A stretch of DNA of 49,536 bases from Octopus bimaculoides (lineage: Eukaryota): positions 41,118,417 through 41,167,952 of the forward strand of contig NC_068981.1 in assembly GCF_001194135.2 (NCBI RefSeq). Reading direction: 5' to 3'. Each line of letters starts with the position of its first letter. Within the stretch, counting starts at the first letter, position 1. The notes below the pieces were generated by a model that was not told the origin of the DNA, did no database searches, and saw nothing but the letters and a program-made list of their open reading frames with translations. The translations under genes were made by a program, and so were the position numbers. Below, in pieces: positions 37,601 to 45,030 of the stretch.

Positions 37601-38510
37601 GAAATTAATATAAAATATTTTAGAATGTTTAGGAAATTTCTCATTTAAAAAACATTTTTACATTCAGACAAACAAGTTTGACAGTAGCTGGAAAACAAAA
37701 GCATTCTTCACATCACATATGTACAAAAATTATCAAAGTTACCATTTCAACACGAAAAAACTTGTTGCAAGTGGATCATCTCTAATACTTGTTCTTAAGA
37801 CAACTTCCAGTAAAGGTTTGTATTATGATACTTTTCTTTTAATGAAAAAAAAAAATGGATTTTTTCAATGTGTTTGATAATTGCACAATTTCCCATTAGT
37901 AATTGATTTTCCAAAATCAACAGAAGAATAAAATTAATGTAAGAAAAATGCAGAAAAGCCAGTATCAAGATTCTAATCCTTTGCTCCATAATCTATTTCT
38001 TTGTTTTGGTAAGTATTTTTTTGGTACTATATTCATACTTAATTTGTTTGCAATGATGCTTTTTGTAACTTCATTTAGGACATGTTTACAGTCATATCAA
38101 TATTATGTGTTGCCAAATTAAAAACCTATTGGCTTTTCCAACAGAATTTTAAATTTCCAAATATAAAGAAGCCAAAAGTTGATAAAGTGATTGTGAATAT
38201 TCTGAATTAATTGTTTTTATATGCTTTTGTTAATTTTGCAGATAAACTCAAAAAAGCTGACAATGTAATCATGACGGTTGATGAAATTTCTTCCACCATA
38301 GAAAAACTTTTTCTTTTGTTAAAAGAACCGAAAAGTGGTAAACCAACTACCAGTGGCAGTAAAAGTAATTCTGATGACTCGGATACAGTTGATGTTACAG
38401 AAGAAAATAGTTTAAAACAATTGGAGGGTATTAAGCAAGAAACATTAGTGATAGCTAACAAATTAAAATCAATTGCTGAAAAGCCCTCATTTGTATCTAA
38501 ACGTTACTAG
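292..38510 (+). CDS. KIF14: KIF14-like kinesin-3 motor protein, 5'-partial; spliced join of 23 exons listed below (3057 nt, 1018 aa + stop)
   Basis: Spliced translation contains [122 protein letters not shown] and TFWSFEVF. These match my recollection of vertebrate KIF14 (e.g. [23 protein letters not shown]) better than other kinesin-3 members. All 22 junctions are phase-consistent and there are no internal stops. Confidence 0.92.
931..1058 (+). CDS. KIF14: KIF14-like exon 2 (motor alpha4, L12, alpha5)
   Basis: cag|[42 protein letters not shown](W)|gtaact; 128 nt, phase 0-2. Confidence 0.96.
1211..1454 (-). mobile_element. RTE-clade LINE, degenerate 3' end of ORF
   Basis: Minus strand reads, with frameshifts, [46 protein letters not shown]; homologous to the longer fragment at 21605-22612. 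Confidence 0.75.
2124..2169 (-). ncRNA. Decayed minimal type-I hammerhead ribozyme of the PLE
   Basis: Minus strand GACAC-CTGATAA-A-GGCTG-gagggtatat-CAGCC-AAAAC-ATT-GTGTT. Stem I is GACAC/GTGTT and stem II is GGCTG/CAGCC. The core is three G>A changes from CUGAUGA...GAAAC-GUU. Confidence 0.75.
2241..2313 (-). repeat. tRNA-like sequence (Pol III A/B boxes), not a functional tRNA
   Basis: GGGCATA-TGGCATAGTGG (A box)...CTACTAA loop...GAGTTCAACTCC (B box); acceptor and T stems contain mismatches. Confidence 0.75.
3548..3647 (+). pseudogene. Decayed tandem duplicate of KIF14 exon 3 (pseudo-exon)
   Basis: Reads [26 protein letters not shown] versus [27 protein letters not shown]; 65/81 nt identical by hand count. 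It is offset 140 bp from the real exon, preceded by AG and followed by a degenerate U12 donor ATATCATTTT (3648-3657). Confidence 0.93.
3688..3786 (+). CDS. KIF14: KIF14-like exon 3 (motor beta8/alpha6), ends at a U12-type donor
   Basis: aag|(W)[32 protein letters not shown](R)|atatcctttt; 99 nt, phase 2-2. Confidence 0.95.
3787..4718 (+). other. U12-type (minor spliceosome) intron with AT-AA termini
   Basis: 5' end ATATCCTTTT matches the U12 donor consensus RTATCCTTT. TTCTTTAAT at 4701-4709 resembles the U12 branch consensus TTCCTTAAC, about 10 nt from the 3' end. There is no polypyrimidine tract between the branch site and the 3' end. Splicing here yields LRYAQQA. Confidence 0.9.
4719..4792 (+). 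CDS. KIF14: KIF14-like exon 4 (end of motor, neck linker)
   Basis: ttaa|(R)[24 protein letters not shown]|gttaga; 74 nt, phase 2-1; restores the conserved LRYA motif. Confidence 0.92.
4888..5240 (-). mobile_element. Older (GAT)n-tailed RTE-3'UTR-type repeat with an internal ~100-bp duplication
   Basis: Plus strand starts (ATC)n. The GCTGGATGCCCTT..CCAACCAC..CCTGGCACCAGCAC block occurs twice (about 4997-5085 and 5096-5185). Confidence 0.8.
5800..5965 (-). mobile_element. RTE LINE ORF C-terminal fragment
   Basis: [35 protein letters not shown], the typical RTE RT tail (GRPxKTW). Confidence 0.85.
5993..6377 (+). mobile_element. RTE LINE 3' end: last codons, 3' UTR and (GAT)n tail, with an internal duplication
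   Basis: [14 protein letters not shown] at about 6120-6168 runs into the common repeat ending CCATGCTAGCATGG...GATGATGATGA. GATATACTGTGCTTGTG..AAGCCAAGTGA is present at 5994 and at about 6131. Confidence 0.85.
6798..6936 (+). CDS. KIF14: KIF14-like exon 5 (neck coil / CC1)
   Basis: cag|(E)[45 protein letters not shown](R)|gtttgt; 139 nt, phase 1-2. Confidence 0.93.
7066..7129 (+). CDS. KIF14: KIF14-like exon 6
   Basis: tag|(R)[21 protein letters not shown]|gtattt; 64 nt, phase 2-0. Confidence 0.92.
7571..7782. mobile_element. piggyBac-type MITE (212 bp)
   Basis: TTAA at 7567-7570 and 7783-7786 flank 12-bp TIRs CCATTTCGTTAC / GTAACGAAAGGG (11/12 complementary). Confidence 0.88.
8679..8863 (+). 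CDS. KIF14: KIF14-like exon 7 (start of FHA)
   Basis: cag|[61 protein letters not shown](C)|gtttgt; 185 nt, phase 0-2. Confidence 0.95.
9817..9919 (+). CDS. KIF14: KIF14-like exon 8 (FHA)
   Basis: tag|(C)[34 protein letters not shown]|gtaagt; 103 nt, phase 2-0. Confidence 0.95.
10968..11140 (+). repeat. Old dispersed repeat with CAA-type tail (SINE-like 3' part)
   Basis: TGGTCAC..TGCTAGA..CCAAAT..TCAAATCACA...GGGCTGA..GCTAAACAA. Related copies are at about 1886-1975, 31930-32038, 35184-35372, 43580-43745 and 47296-47410. Confidence 0.65.
11635..11672 (+). CDS. KIF14: KIF14-like exon 9 (end of FHA, 38-nt exon)
   Basis: tag|[12 protein letters not shown](R)|gtaagt; phase 0-2. Confidence 0.95.
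11871..12112 (+). mobile_element. Young (GAT)n-tailed RTE-3'UTR repeat
   Basis: Closely matches 45187-45473 and the reverse complement of 47856-48126; 14-bp palindrome CCATGCTAGCATGG at 12071-12084; (GAT)4 tail. Confidence 0.92.
13397..13510 (+). CDS. KIF14: KIF14-like exon 10
   Basis: cag|(R)[37 protein letters not shown](R)|gtttga; 114 nt, phase 2-2. Confidence 0.93.
13748..14330 (+). mobile_element. Probable RTE-clade LINE 5' leader fragment
   Basis: GC-richer island containing GGGGTAACCAATCTAGTGGAAGGAAAACTCTGATTCCAAA, resembling (from memory) RTE/Rex3-like 5' leaders; not verified. Confidence 0.35.
15026..15140 (+). CDS. KIF14: KIF14-like exon 11 (coiled coil)
   Basis: cag|(R)[38 protein letters not shown]|gtgagt; 115 nt, phase 2-0. 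Confidence 0.88.
15590..15760 (+). mobile_element. Degenerate RTE/Rex3-like RT fragment
   Basis: KTETLVLQ...[19 protein letters not shown] (with a frameshift) resembles the post-YADD RT motif KxxxMV...L.QV..FKYLG. Confidence 0.5.
16603..16660. repeat. Compound (TA)n-(TG)n microsatellite
   Basis: About 19 TA units followed by 8 TG units. Confidence 0.97.
17846..17984 (-). mobile_element. tRNA-derived SINE head fragment (same family as 25741-26030)
   Basis: GGCTATAGTAGAAGACACTT..CCAAGGTGCCAC on the plus strand; further copies at about 19052-19201 and 20729-20858. Confidence 0.75.
18306..18707 (+). CDS. KIF14: KIF14-like exon 12
   Basis: cag|[15 protein letters not shown]...[18 protein letters not shown]|gtaaat; 402 nt open frame containing the kinesin-3 EANAI motif; phase 0-0. 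Confidence 0.9.
20953..21096 (+). CDS. KIF14: KIF14-like exon 13
   Basis: cag|[48 protein letters not shown]|gtaata; 144 nt; TFWSxExFxxKL is a kinesin-3 tail motif. Confidence 0.92.
21215..21309 (+). CDS. KIF14: KIF14-like exon 14
   Basis: tag|[31 protein letters not shown](N)|gttagt; 95 nt, phase 0-2. Confidence 0.87.
21605..22612 (-). mobile_element. 5'-truncated RTE-clade LINE: RT C-terminal half with PHD-like Cys/His insert, ORF end, 3' UTR and (GAT)n tail
   Basis: Frameshifted reading [106 protein letters not shown], continuing into the GAGTGGTTGGCATTAGGAAG repeat and GATGATGATGA. Confidence 0.93.
22631..22980 (+). mobile_element. Full-length tRNA-derived SINE with (CAA)n tail and 13-bp target-site duplication
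   Basis: A box TGGCCCATTGG, B box GGTTTCGATTCC, tail CAACAACAAC; TATTATCTGTAGT at 22618-22630 and 22982-22994. Confidence 0.93.
23141..23238 (+). CDS. KIF14: KIF14-like exon 15
   Basis: tag|(N)[32 protein letters not shown]|gtaaga; 98 nt, phase 2-1; supported by splice signals and phase continuity. Confidence 0.82.
23740..23945 (-). mobile_element. Old (GAT)n-family RTE-3'UTR repeat fragment
   Basis: GCTGGATACCCTTCCTAATTCCAACCAC..GTGCTTTT block followed by a second GCTGGATGCCCTTCC. Confidence 0.7.
25101..25276. other. Assembly gap (176 N) between poly-T runs
   Basis: N run in intron 15. Confidence 1.
25494..25577 (+). CDS. KIF14: KIF14-like exon 16
   Basis: cag|(K)[27 protein letters not shown]|gtgagt; 84 nt, phase 1-1; a second in-frame donor lies 9 nt upstream. 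Confidence 0.78.
25741..26030 (+). mobile_element. tRNA-derived SINE with internal deletion
   Basis: TGACTGTGTGG (A-box-like), GGTTCAGTCC (B box), (TG)-rich middle, ..ATAGAATAAGTACCAG.. core. It lacks the CTACTATAGCC segment seen in the minus-strand copies at 17846 and 19052. Confidence 0.85.
26444..26750 (-). mobile_element. Old (GAT)n-family RTE-3'UTR-type repeat
   Basis: TTTTCCATGCTGGCATAGG..CCCTTCCTAATGCCAACCAC..TTGCAAGACAAG, shared with 4888-5240. Confidence 0.75.
26793..27200. repeat. 199-bp direct duplication across a 10-N gap (probable unmerged contig overlap)
   Basis: 26793-26991 equals 27002-27200 except two substitutions. Confidence 0.9.
28669..28767 (+). CDS. KIF14: KIF14-like exon 17
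   Basis: cag|(D)[32 protein letters not shown]|gtaaac; 99 nt, phase 1-1. Confidence 0.8.
28990..29292 (+). mobile_element. Old (GAT)n-family repeat
   Basis: GAAGGGCATCCAGCTGTAGAAAC..GCCAGCATGGAAAA..GTTAAATGATGATGATGA. Confidence 0.8.
29395..29690 (-). mobile_element. RTE LINE ORF 3' fragment
   Basis: Minus strand [30 protein letters not shown]...[10 protein letters not shown] (frameshifted). Confidence 0.72.
30015..30150 (+). mobile_element. SINE fragment of the GGTCGACTTTGCCTTTCA / AAGTACCAG core family
   Basis: TTTACATTCTGAATTCA..TACCAGTTGAACAC..GGCCTTGTGCCAGAATTTGAAAC. Related copies: about 24070-24170 (+), 38530-38650 (+), 39660-39870 (-), 43966-44145 (-), 12190-12260 (-). Confidence 0.65.
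31400..31581 (+). CDS. KIF14: KIF14-like exon 18
   Basis: cag|(V)[60 protein letters not shown]|gtgaga; 182 nt, phase 1-0. Confidence 0.82.
32288..32434 (+). CDS. KIF14: KIF14-like exon 19
   Basis: aag|[49 protein letters not shown]|gtaaga; 147 nt, phase 0-0. Confidence 0.8.
33437..33574 (+). CDS. KIF14: KIF14-like exon 20
   Basis: cag|[46 protein letters not shown]|gtcaag; 138 nt, phase 0-0. Confidence 0.8.
33672..33746 (+). CDS. KIF14: KIF14-like exon 21
   Basis: cag|[25 protein letters not shown]|gtaagc; 75 nt, phase 0-0; 97-nt intron upstream. Confidence 0.8.
35700..36200 (+). mobile_element. Highly degenerate RTE RT core
   Basis: [21 protein letters not shown] (QGSVLSPLLF motif) followed by traces of N.AKT.V and the Cys/His insert. 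Confidence 0.55.
36912..37095 (-). mobile_element. Old (GAT)n-family repeat fragment
   Basis: CATCATCAT..TAGCATGGGTTGGA..TTTCTACAACTGGATG..TGGCACCAGCAC. Confidence 0.7.
37134..37442. mobile_element. hAT (Charlie-like) MITE
   Basis: Termini CAGCATTTCTCAACT / GGTTGAGAAACACTG. Right flank CTCTAGAG fits the NTCTAGAN target preference; the left TSD is not conserved. Confidence 0.7.
37668..37815 (+). CDS. KIF14: KIF14-like exon 22
   Basis: cag|[49 protein letters not shown]|gtttgt; 148 nt, phase 0-1. Confidence 0.76.
38242..38510 (+). CDS. KIF14: KIF14-like terminal coding exon 23
   Basis: cag|(D)[29 protein letters not shown]...[19 protein letters not shown]; phase 1 fits the preceding exon; AATAAA motifs follow. 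Confidence 0.82.
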
Positions 38511-38529
38511 TATGATATCAATATTTATG

Positions 38530-38650
38530 CTGCCAAGGTCGACTTTGCCTTTCAGGATTGATAAAATAAATACCAGTTAAGCACTGGGGTTGATGATATT
38601 GACTTACCCCTTCTCTTCAAATTGTTGGTTGTGTGCCAAAACTTAAAGCC
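38530..38650 (+). mobile_element. SINE fragment within the KIF14 3' UTR
   Basis: GCCAAGGTCGACTTTGCCTTTCA..GATAAAATAAATACCAGTTAAGCACTGGGGT..GACTTACCCC, starting about 20 nt after the stop codon. Confidence 0.8.
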
Positions 38651-38811
38651 ATTATATTAATAATATTTATCTGTGATATGTGAATTGTATTAATTTAATA
38701 TTACTAAAGCTTGTAAATGAAAAAATAAAATGAAAACTAATTCAAAATCTAGTGTAAATACCAATATTTTAATTTTTACAAAAATATATGTAATTAAAAT
38801 TTCCAAATAAA
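38565..38811 (+). terminator. Candidate polyadenylation signals for KIF14-like mRNA
   Basis: AATAAA at 38565-38570, 38724-38729 and 38806-38811 downstream of the stop codon. Which one is used cannot be told from sequence. Confidence 0.45.
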
Positions 38812-40567
38812 ATGGGTAAAAACAAATTTAGGGTTTTATTGAGTCTCTATATCAATGCAATACTTAATATTTATGTGCATTTTCAGTGACATCACTTCTA
38901 TGTAATGAATTCTTTCTTCTAAACTTTACCATAAAACTGGATATCTTTTTTGGTTAAGTGCAAAGAAGAGCCTGTTTAAATGAAGCTATAGTGGTAACCA
39001 AGAAGTAAAATTAAACTGCTGAATAATACATAGATTACTTCTATATATGTCATGGTAAGACAAGGAATTAGGTCAGCTGGTATAGATCATGGAATTCTTA
39101 AGAGAAATTACAGTGGATTCCTGGTTAGAGAACACCCCTCATGTGGTTACATGAATATGATGAAGAGCTATTGGGAGTGTAGCAGCTATGTTAGCAAACA
39201 TTTGTTCAGAAAAAATATCCTGCTCTACCTAGCAAAATTGACTGTCAAAAATGCACATGCTAGTAACTGAATCAACAGCTTAGAGGATTCTATTTAAGAA
39301 AATTGTTAATAACATATCAAAGTAATAGAACTACTGCCATTACATGAACATGGTAATCAACAATTAGAAATAAGTGAAGGATACAAATAGCTGAACACAC
39401 AGCTTACAGTAAGATTCAAGATTTTCACAATTTATATCAATAGATCACTAAATGAACATTTTTTTAGTCAGGAGAGAAAGCAATGCCTATGACCCTTTAC
39501 AGGATCTCTGACACTAGTAAGAGTGAGGGAAGAAGAAATCCTCAAACTGGAGACCTGGCTCATGAGCTTGCAACACAGTGGAGTTCACTAAAGGAGTGAA
39601 CAGATAGTGTGCCAGATAGTGATTTTAAACCGGGAAAATAATTCAGTCTACCACTAAAGTAGGCCATGGCAGCATTTGAACTTAGAAGGCAATGAGCCAG
39701 AACAAATACAGTAAGGCATCTGGTTTGACATTCCTACAATTCTGCCCTGGATTGGTATTGCTTCTATTGATCCAAAAGGATAAAAGGTAACGTTGACATC
39801 AGCAAAATTTAATCTCGGAGCACAAATAGAACAAATACTTCAAGGTATTCTACCTGATATCTTAAGATGACTCTGACAATTCATTGATCCAATGTTTGTG
39901 AGATGAGTCACTTGAAAATCTACTGGTTTGATGTTGTCAATGAGTTTCCTAGTTGCTAAAGAATACCAAGCACAAAATAATGGCCCAGTTTTTAGACATT
40001 GAATGCCTTATTATGTTGCAATTATTTGTCAAATAGGATTGGCATAAATCAATCAAAATGATAATATGCATAACTAAATTACTTGTCTCCCCCAAAATAC
40101 CAACAAAATGAGAGAAAAACATTGAATAATATAATTAGGTTACAAAATGAATTCACAAGTCCCCAAACATGATTTTATGATAGACTCCCCAAGAGCCATT
40201 GGCGCTGCCAATGAGAGACATACAAATAAACTAATTACTTATAAACTATGAATAATCAAAACCTAAGATATTACAAGAACATAAGACTAGTAACTATAAT
40301 TTTGTGTTAAATTCAAACTGTACATTGCAACAACCCTCAAGGTTGTAATAGCTTCTCCTTAGCATCATCTGGAATCATCCTGGGAGAAATATGGAATGTA
40401 AAAAAGGCAGTAGAACTGATGGAGCATGGTTATATGGGCTATGGAATGAGTACTGTGCAAACATCTTTCCTAAAATGTGTGACAACACTAATGAATAGAA
40501 AGTTACTGGAGAGAGACTTGATTGTCAGATATTAATACTGGAAGCTCACATTCAAGACACATATATA

Positions 40568-41426
40568 CGTGGTCTGATCAATAAGTATCCCGACTGTTGC
40601 CATAGAAACGAAGCTAAAGCATGCAACGTGAAGTCACTTGGTACAGATTGACCTTGAACTCTGCTGTGCATGTGCAGCAAGTTTTAGCGTTCTAGCTCAC
40701 TTCCGCTGTTTAAAGCAGTGCTTGGAAGGGAGGTGTGTAGTGTGTGATCATCGTATTGACTATGACAGAGAAAGTTGAGCTGAGAATCTGCATCAAATTT
40801 TGCCAAAAGCTTGGCAATACCTGCTCAGAGGTCTATGCAAAGTTTTCATCATTCTTGACACAATCAAGATCTTGTGCAACTAAACTCGAGTGTCTTTTTG
40901 GTCAGCTGAAAGCAGTATTGATATAAACTTGGCAGATACGTGACTCGTACCCAAATCTACAGTGAAAATGGACTGAACTGAACCATAACCAATCTGCACA
41001 TCCTCTGATAACTCATGGACGGTGATTCAATGATTTCCCTTCACAGCTGGACACACATCTGCAATGTTTTTTTCAGTTCTGCTGGTTGTAGGTCACCCAG
41101 AACATTCGTCAACATCAACATTTTTTTGGCCATCTTGGAAACATCTGAACCATTCATACACCTCTGTGCAGCTCATACATTCCTCTCCATACACTGTCTG
41201 CAACTTTGCGTAGGCCTCTGAGCAGGTATCACCATGACAACTTTCTGTCATGGTCAATGCAACGATCACATGCTACACACCTTCCTTCCAAGCACTGCTG
41301 TAAACAATGCAAGTAAGCTAGAATGTTAAGCAGAGTTCAAGGTCAATCTGTGTCAAGCAGCTTCACACTGCATGCTTTAGCTTCATTATTATGGCAACAG
41401 TCTGGATACCTATTGCTCAGATCTCA
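40568..41426. mobile_element. Mariner-family element built from two inverted 5' ends (859 bp)
   Basis: TA at 40566-67 and 41427-28. TIRs CGTGGTCTGATCAATAAGTATCC / GGATACCTATTGCTCAGATCTCA. Plus arm encodes MTEKVELRICIKFCQKLGNTCSEVYAK; minus arm encodes DTCSEAYAKLQTVYGEECMSCTEVYEWFRCFQDG..ITVHELSEDVQIGYGSVQSIFTVDLG..VSAKF. Confidence 0.9.
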
Positions 41427-41445
41427 TATGTGTTTATTATTACTA

Positions 41446-41644
41446 TCATCATCATCAACGTTTAACGTCCGCTTTCCATGCTAGCATGGGTTGGACGATT
41501 TGACTGAGGACTGGTGAAACCGGATGGCAACACCAGGCTCCAATCTGATTTGGCAGAGTTTCTACAGCTGGATACCCTTCCTAATGCCAACCACTCCGAG
41601 AGTGTAGTGGGTGCTTTTACATGCCACCAGCACGAGGGCCAGTG
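41446..41644 (-). mobile_element. Young (GAT)n-tailed RTE-3'UTR repeat, truncated by a gap
   Basis: (CAT)n..CCATGCTAGCATGG..GTGCTTTTACATGCCACCAGCACG. Confidence 0.9.
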
Positions 41645-41732
41645 NNNNNNNNNNNNNNNNNNNNNNNNNNNNNNNNNNNNNNNNNNNNNNNNNNNNNNNN
41701 NNNNNNNNNNNNNNNNNNNNNNNNNNNNNNNN
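41645..41732. other. Assembly gap (88 N)
   Basis: N run between two near-identical repeat tails. Confidence 1.
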
Positions 41733-42145
41733 ACTATCATCATCATCAACGTTTAACGTCCGCTTTCCATGCTAGCATGGGTTGGACGATTTGACTGAGG
41801 GACTGGTAAGCCAGAAGGCTGCACCAGGCTCCAATCTGATTTGGCAGAGTTTCTACAGCTGGATACCCTTCCTAATGCCAACCACTCCGAGAGTGTAGTG
41901 GGTGCTTTTACATGCCACCAGCACGAGGGCCAGTGACACGGTACTGGCAACGGCCTCACTCAAAAGGTGTTTTTTACGTGTCACCTGCACGGGAGCCAGT
42001 CCAGCGGCACTGGCAACGACCTCGCTCGAATGATTTTCTAACGTGCCACCAGCACAAGTGCTAGAAAGCAACGCTGGTAACGATTATGCTCAAATGGTGC
42101 TATTTACGGGCCACTAGCACGGAAGCCAGACAGCTGCTCTGGCAA
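41733..42145 (-). mobile_element. (GAT)n-tailed RTE-3'UTR repeat with four ~65-bp modules
   Basis: GGTGC..TTTTACG/ATG..CACC..GCAC units at about 41901, 41966, 42030 and 42096. Confidence 0.9.
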
Positions 42146-45030
42146 AGAAGACAGATGGTTGTAGTTGAAAGACTTTCATCATTGGTCTGTTCAATCATAG
42201 TTGACCTGGGTTAAAGAACAACAATTATGTTTCCATCCAAAGAAGCTTCTTCATTTGTGATTCTCAAACATTCTGTTATTTACACTTCCTCCCAGTCTGA
42301 CATATTTCACCATTAATCCCTTACTCCCAAAAATCATTGCCAAAATGTTCTCTTTAAGATGGTGTGTAAGCATCAGTTGCTTAATTAAACATTTGATATA
42401 CATTGTTAAAAAAAAATTGGTTTCACAAATTTTAAAATGTTTACTTAAATATGAATCTAATACCAGCTTAGCTTCAAAAAAATCATTCAACAATTTATCC
42501 TTTAATTACTCTTGTCGATACTCTTTATAAACCCTATATTACTTCTGTAATATTCTTAGCCCTAAAATAAAAGCTTTTTATACCAAAGAATGCTAAATAC
42601 TAAGCTTATAATTACAGCATTATGGTTTACAAGGCAGAAAAGTAACCCTTTAAAAGTGTAAACAGTATCTTAAGCTCTTGAAAACAAGTATAATTCATGA
42701 TGTTTCTCATGGTTCAATACTTTGAACTCTCTATTTTACCGTTTACATCAAGAATGTATGTGATAATAGATTTCTCGTTTTAATCCAGTTTACAAGTGAT
42801 AAAATTGCATTCTTCAGTGAAACCAATTTTAAAATGTACACTAAACTGAATAATCACTTTATCACTCATGTCTAAAAATGCCCCAACCTTATTTATGTCC
42901 CATTTTTCTTTGTTTTTAAATAATGAGGATTTAGAGGGATTTAGTAAAATATTTTCTTTACAGTTCAGATGGGGTATGGAACATAAAGAGTTCTAACAAA
43001 TTTAAGACAAATTTTAATTTTAATATAAACACTTTAAAACGAGAGGGTCTTTTTATATTCATAGAACCACAGGTGATGTTAGATGGTTGGTATCAAAAGG
43101 ATTAAACACTGATAAGCCTTTCTACAATAATTTCAGAAAGCCAACAACTACTCGGGTAGATGTAAAAGCTAAATAAACCTTGTTCTAAGCACATCAACTT
43201 ACCAAACACTAAAGTACTAACCATTGATGAGGAATATACTCCCACTTTTAATCAGACTGGTTTCAAACTGAAAACAGGGAAGGTTAAAAGAAAGATGAAA
43301 GTTAGAAAGAAGTTAAATTATCTTATGGGAAATAGAAATTCCAATTAATGATAGATAATAGGCAGAGTTATAGAGAGCAGAATGTTCTTACTTTAAATTA
43401 ATCTACAGATTAACCTCAGAGTGTGAACAACATAAGCTAGAAAAGGCCAGGAAGTGACAGAGGTGGTTTTCATATGCCCTTGAAAAAGAAGTTGGGAAAA
43501 CCCTGATTTTCAAGTGTGAGTTACAAAGGCAGTCATGCAAATGGTTACATGACTGATGCAACAAGCAAATGAAGGAACTTCATGTGGTCATGGCAACTTC
43601 TAGAAATATCAACTAAATCTTTTCAAAACAACACCTCTACTATTTCAAAAGATGAAAGACACAAGATAAAGGAGTTCTAATGAAAATAGAACATAATTGA
43701 CATATAGCTGGAATGCAACTATGACCATAGTATCAAGCCTGTTTTAAGTCAGGTAGACAGACACAAGCATATAAAGTTATATGTGCATACTAATAAACAC
43801 TACTACATAGTAATTACTTCAGACCTACAGCCTAACTCTACAATCTTGTGTCTGTCTGCCTGACAAATAGGTTTTGACAGCCAGAGTGTCTGGAGTAGCA
43901 TCCTAAACATTAGCTGCACCAGTCATGAGATGATGACAGTCCTTATTAATCTTAAATAATTGTTGCTAACATAGGCACAAGGCTTGAAATTTGGTGGGCA
44001 GAGGGACAGTTGATTATATCAAGCCTGTATTTGACTGGTCAATTTTTTTTTTTATCAACCCCAGAAAGATGAAAGACAAAGTTGTGTTTGGTGGAATTTG
44101 AACACAGAGCCAGAACAAATAAAGCAAGGCATTTGTCTAACTCTCCCAATCCTTTTGATTTTAAATAATAAAAATACATAAAAACCTTATAATTTAATGG
44201 GGATGGCTTCTCTGAATTATTTAAACTCGAGACAATTTATTTTTCTACCTCAACAAATGTATTTCTATATGGTTTTTCTAGTAAGTAGTTCATTATTTTT
44301 TTCTATCATTACAGAGCACAGAATGCTTTTAACAAAGCCTCAAGCATCTAATAGATAAAAGGTTATTGTTATTAGTATTTAATTAAGTTCTGAGAAGGAT
44401 TGACACAGAAATCAAGGTTAATAAAAAAAAAGAAAAAGAAAACAGACAAGTGTTTACAAGTATATATATGTGTGTGTGTGACAGTTGTAACAATGTTTTA
44501 CTTTATGCTGATTTTTTTTTCTTTTTTCAGTTTAGCCTTGAAAGTAGAAATGTATTTTATGGTAGCTTTGTAAGAAATCAACATAATCAAGCAATTATAA
44601 ATTAGGTCTGTAAAGAAAATTGGTGAATCCAGGCAGTAATGCTACTCATAATTATTTATATTAGATCTTATAGTAGAACAGTTTTCTTATAAACACATTG
44701 CAAATAGTTCAGATTTGTACAGCCTGGAGGTGAATATGTTGGTAGTTATTTCTTAGTGATACCATTACATGAAGATCACTTGTATCTCTACATCTTTCAA
44801 ATCTAGAATTTTAATAAATTGTTAAATATCAGTAGTTTCTATTAATAAGGACCCCACAATGAATCCTACATTGAGATTTGACAGTCTAGTAAAGACTTAC
44901 AACGTTAAAATGTAAACATTATTTATTTCAAGCAATAAAAATAAAAACCTATATTATACACGATTCATGTTCATTCACGATGTGTGTGTGTGTGTGTGCA
45001 TATAATTTGATGAAGCATGTTTATCTGGAT

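Noticed and set aside
41880-42145. CRISPR-like appearance of the regularly spaced ~65-bp units
   Set aside because: Units are diverged tandem modules inside a eukaryotic retroelement UTR, with no unique spacers and no cas genes
42150-43250. Repeat-poor AT-rich block that could be the 3' UTR or exons of a neighbouring gene
   Set aside because: No ORF with splice signals or homology could be traced on either strand
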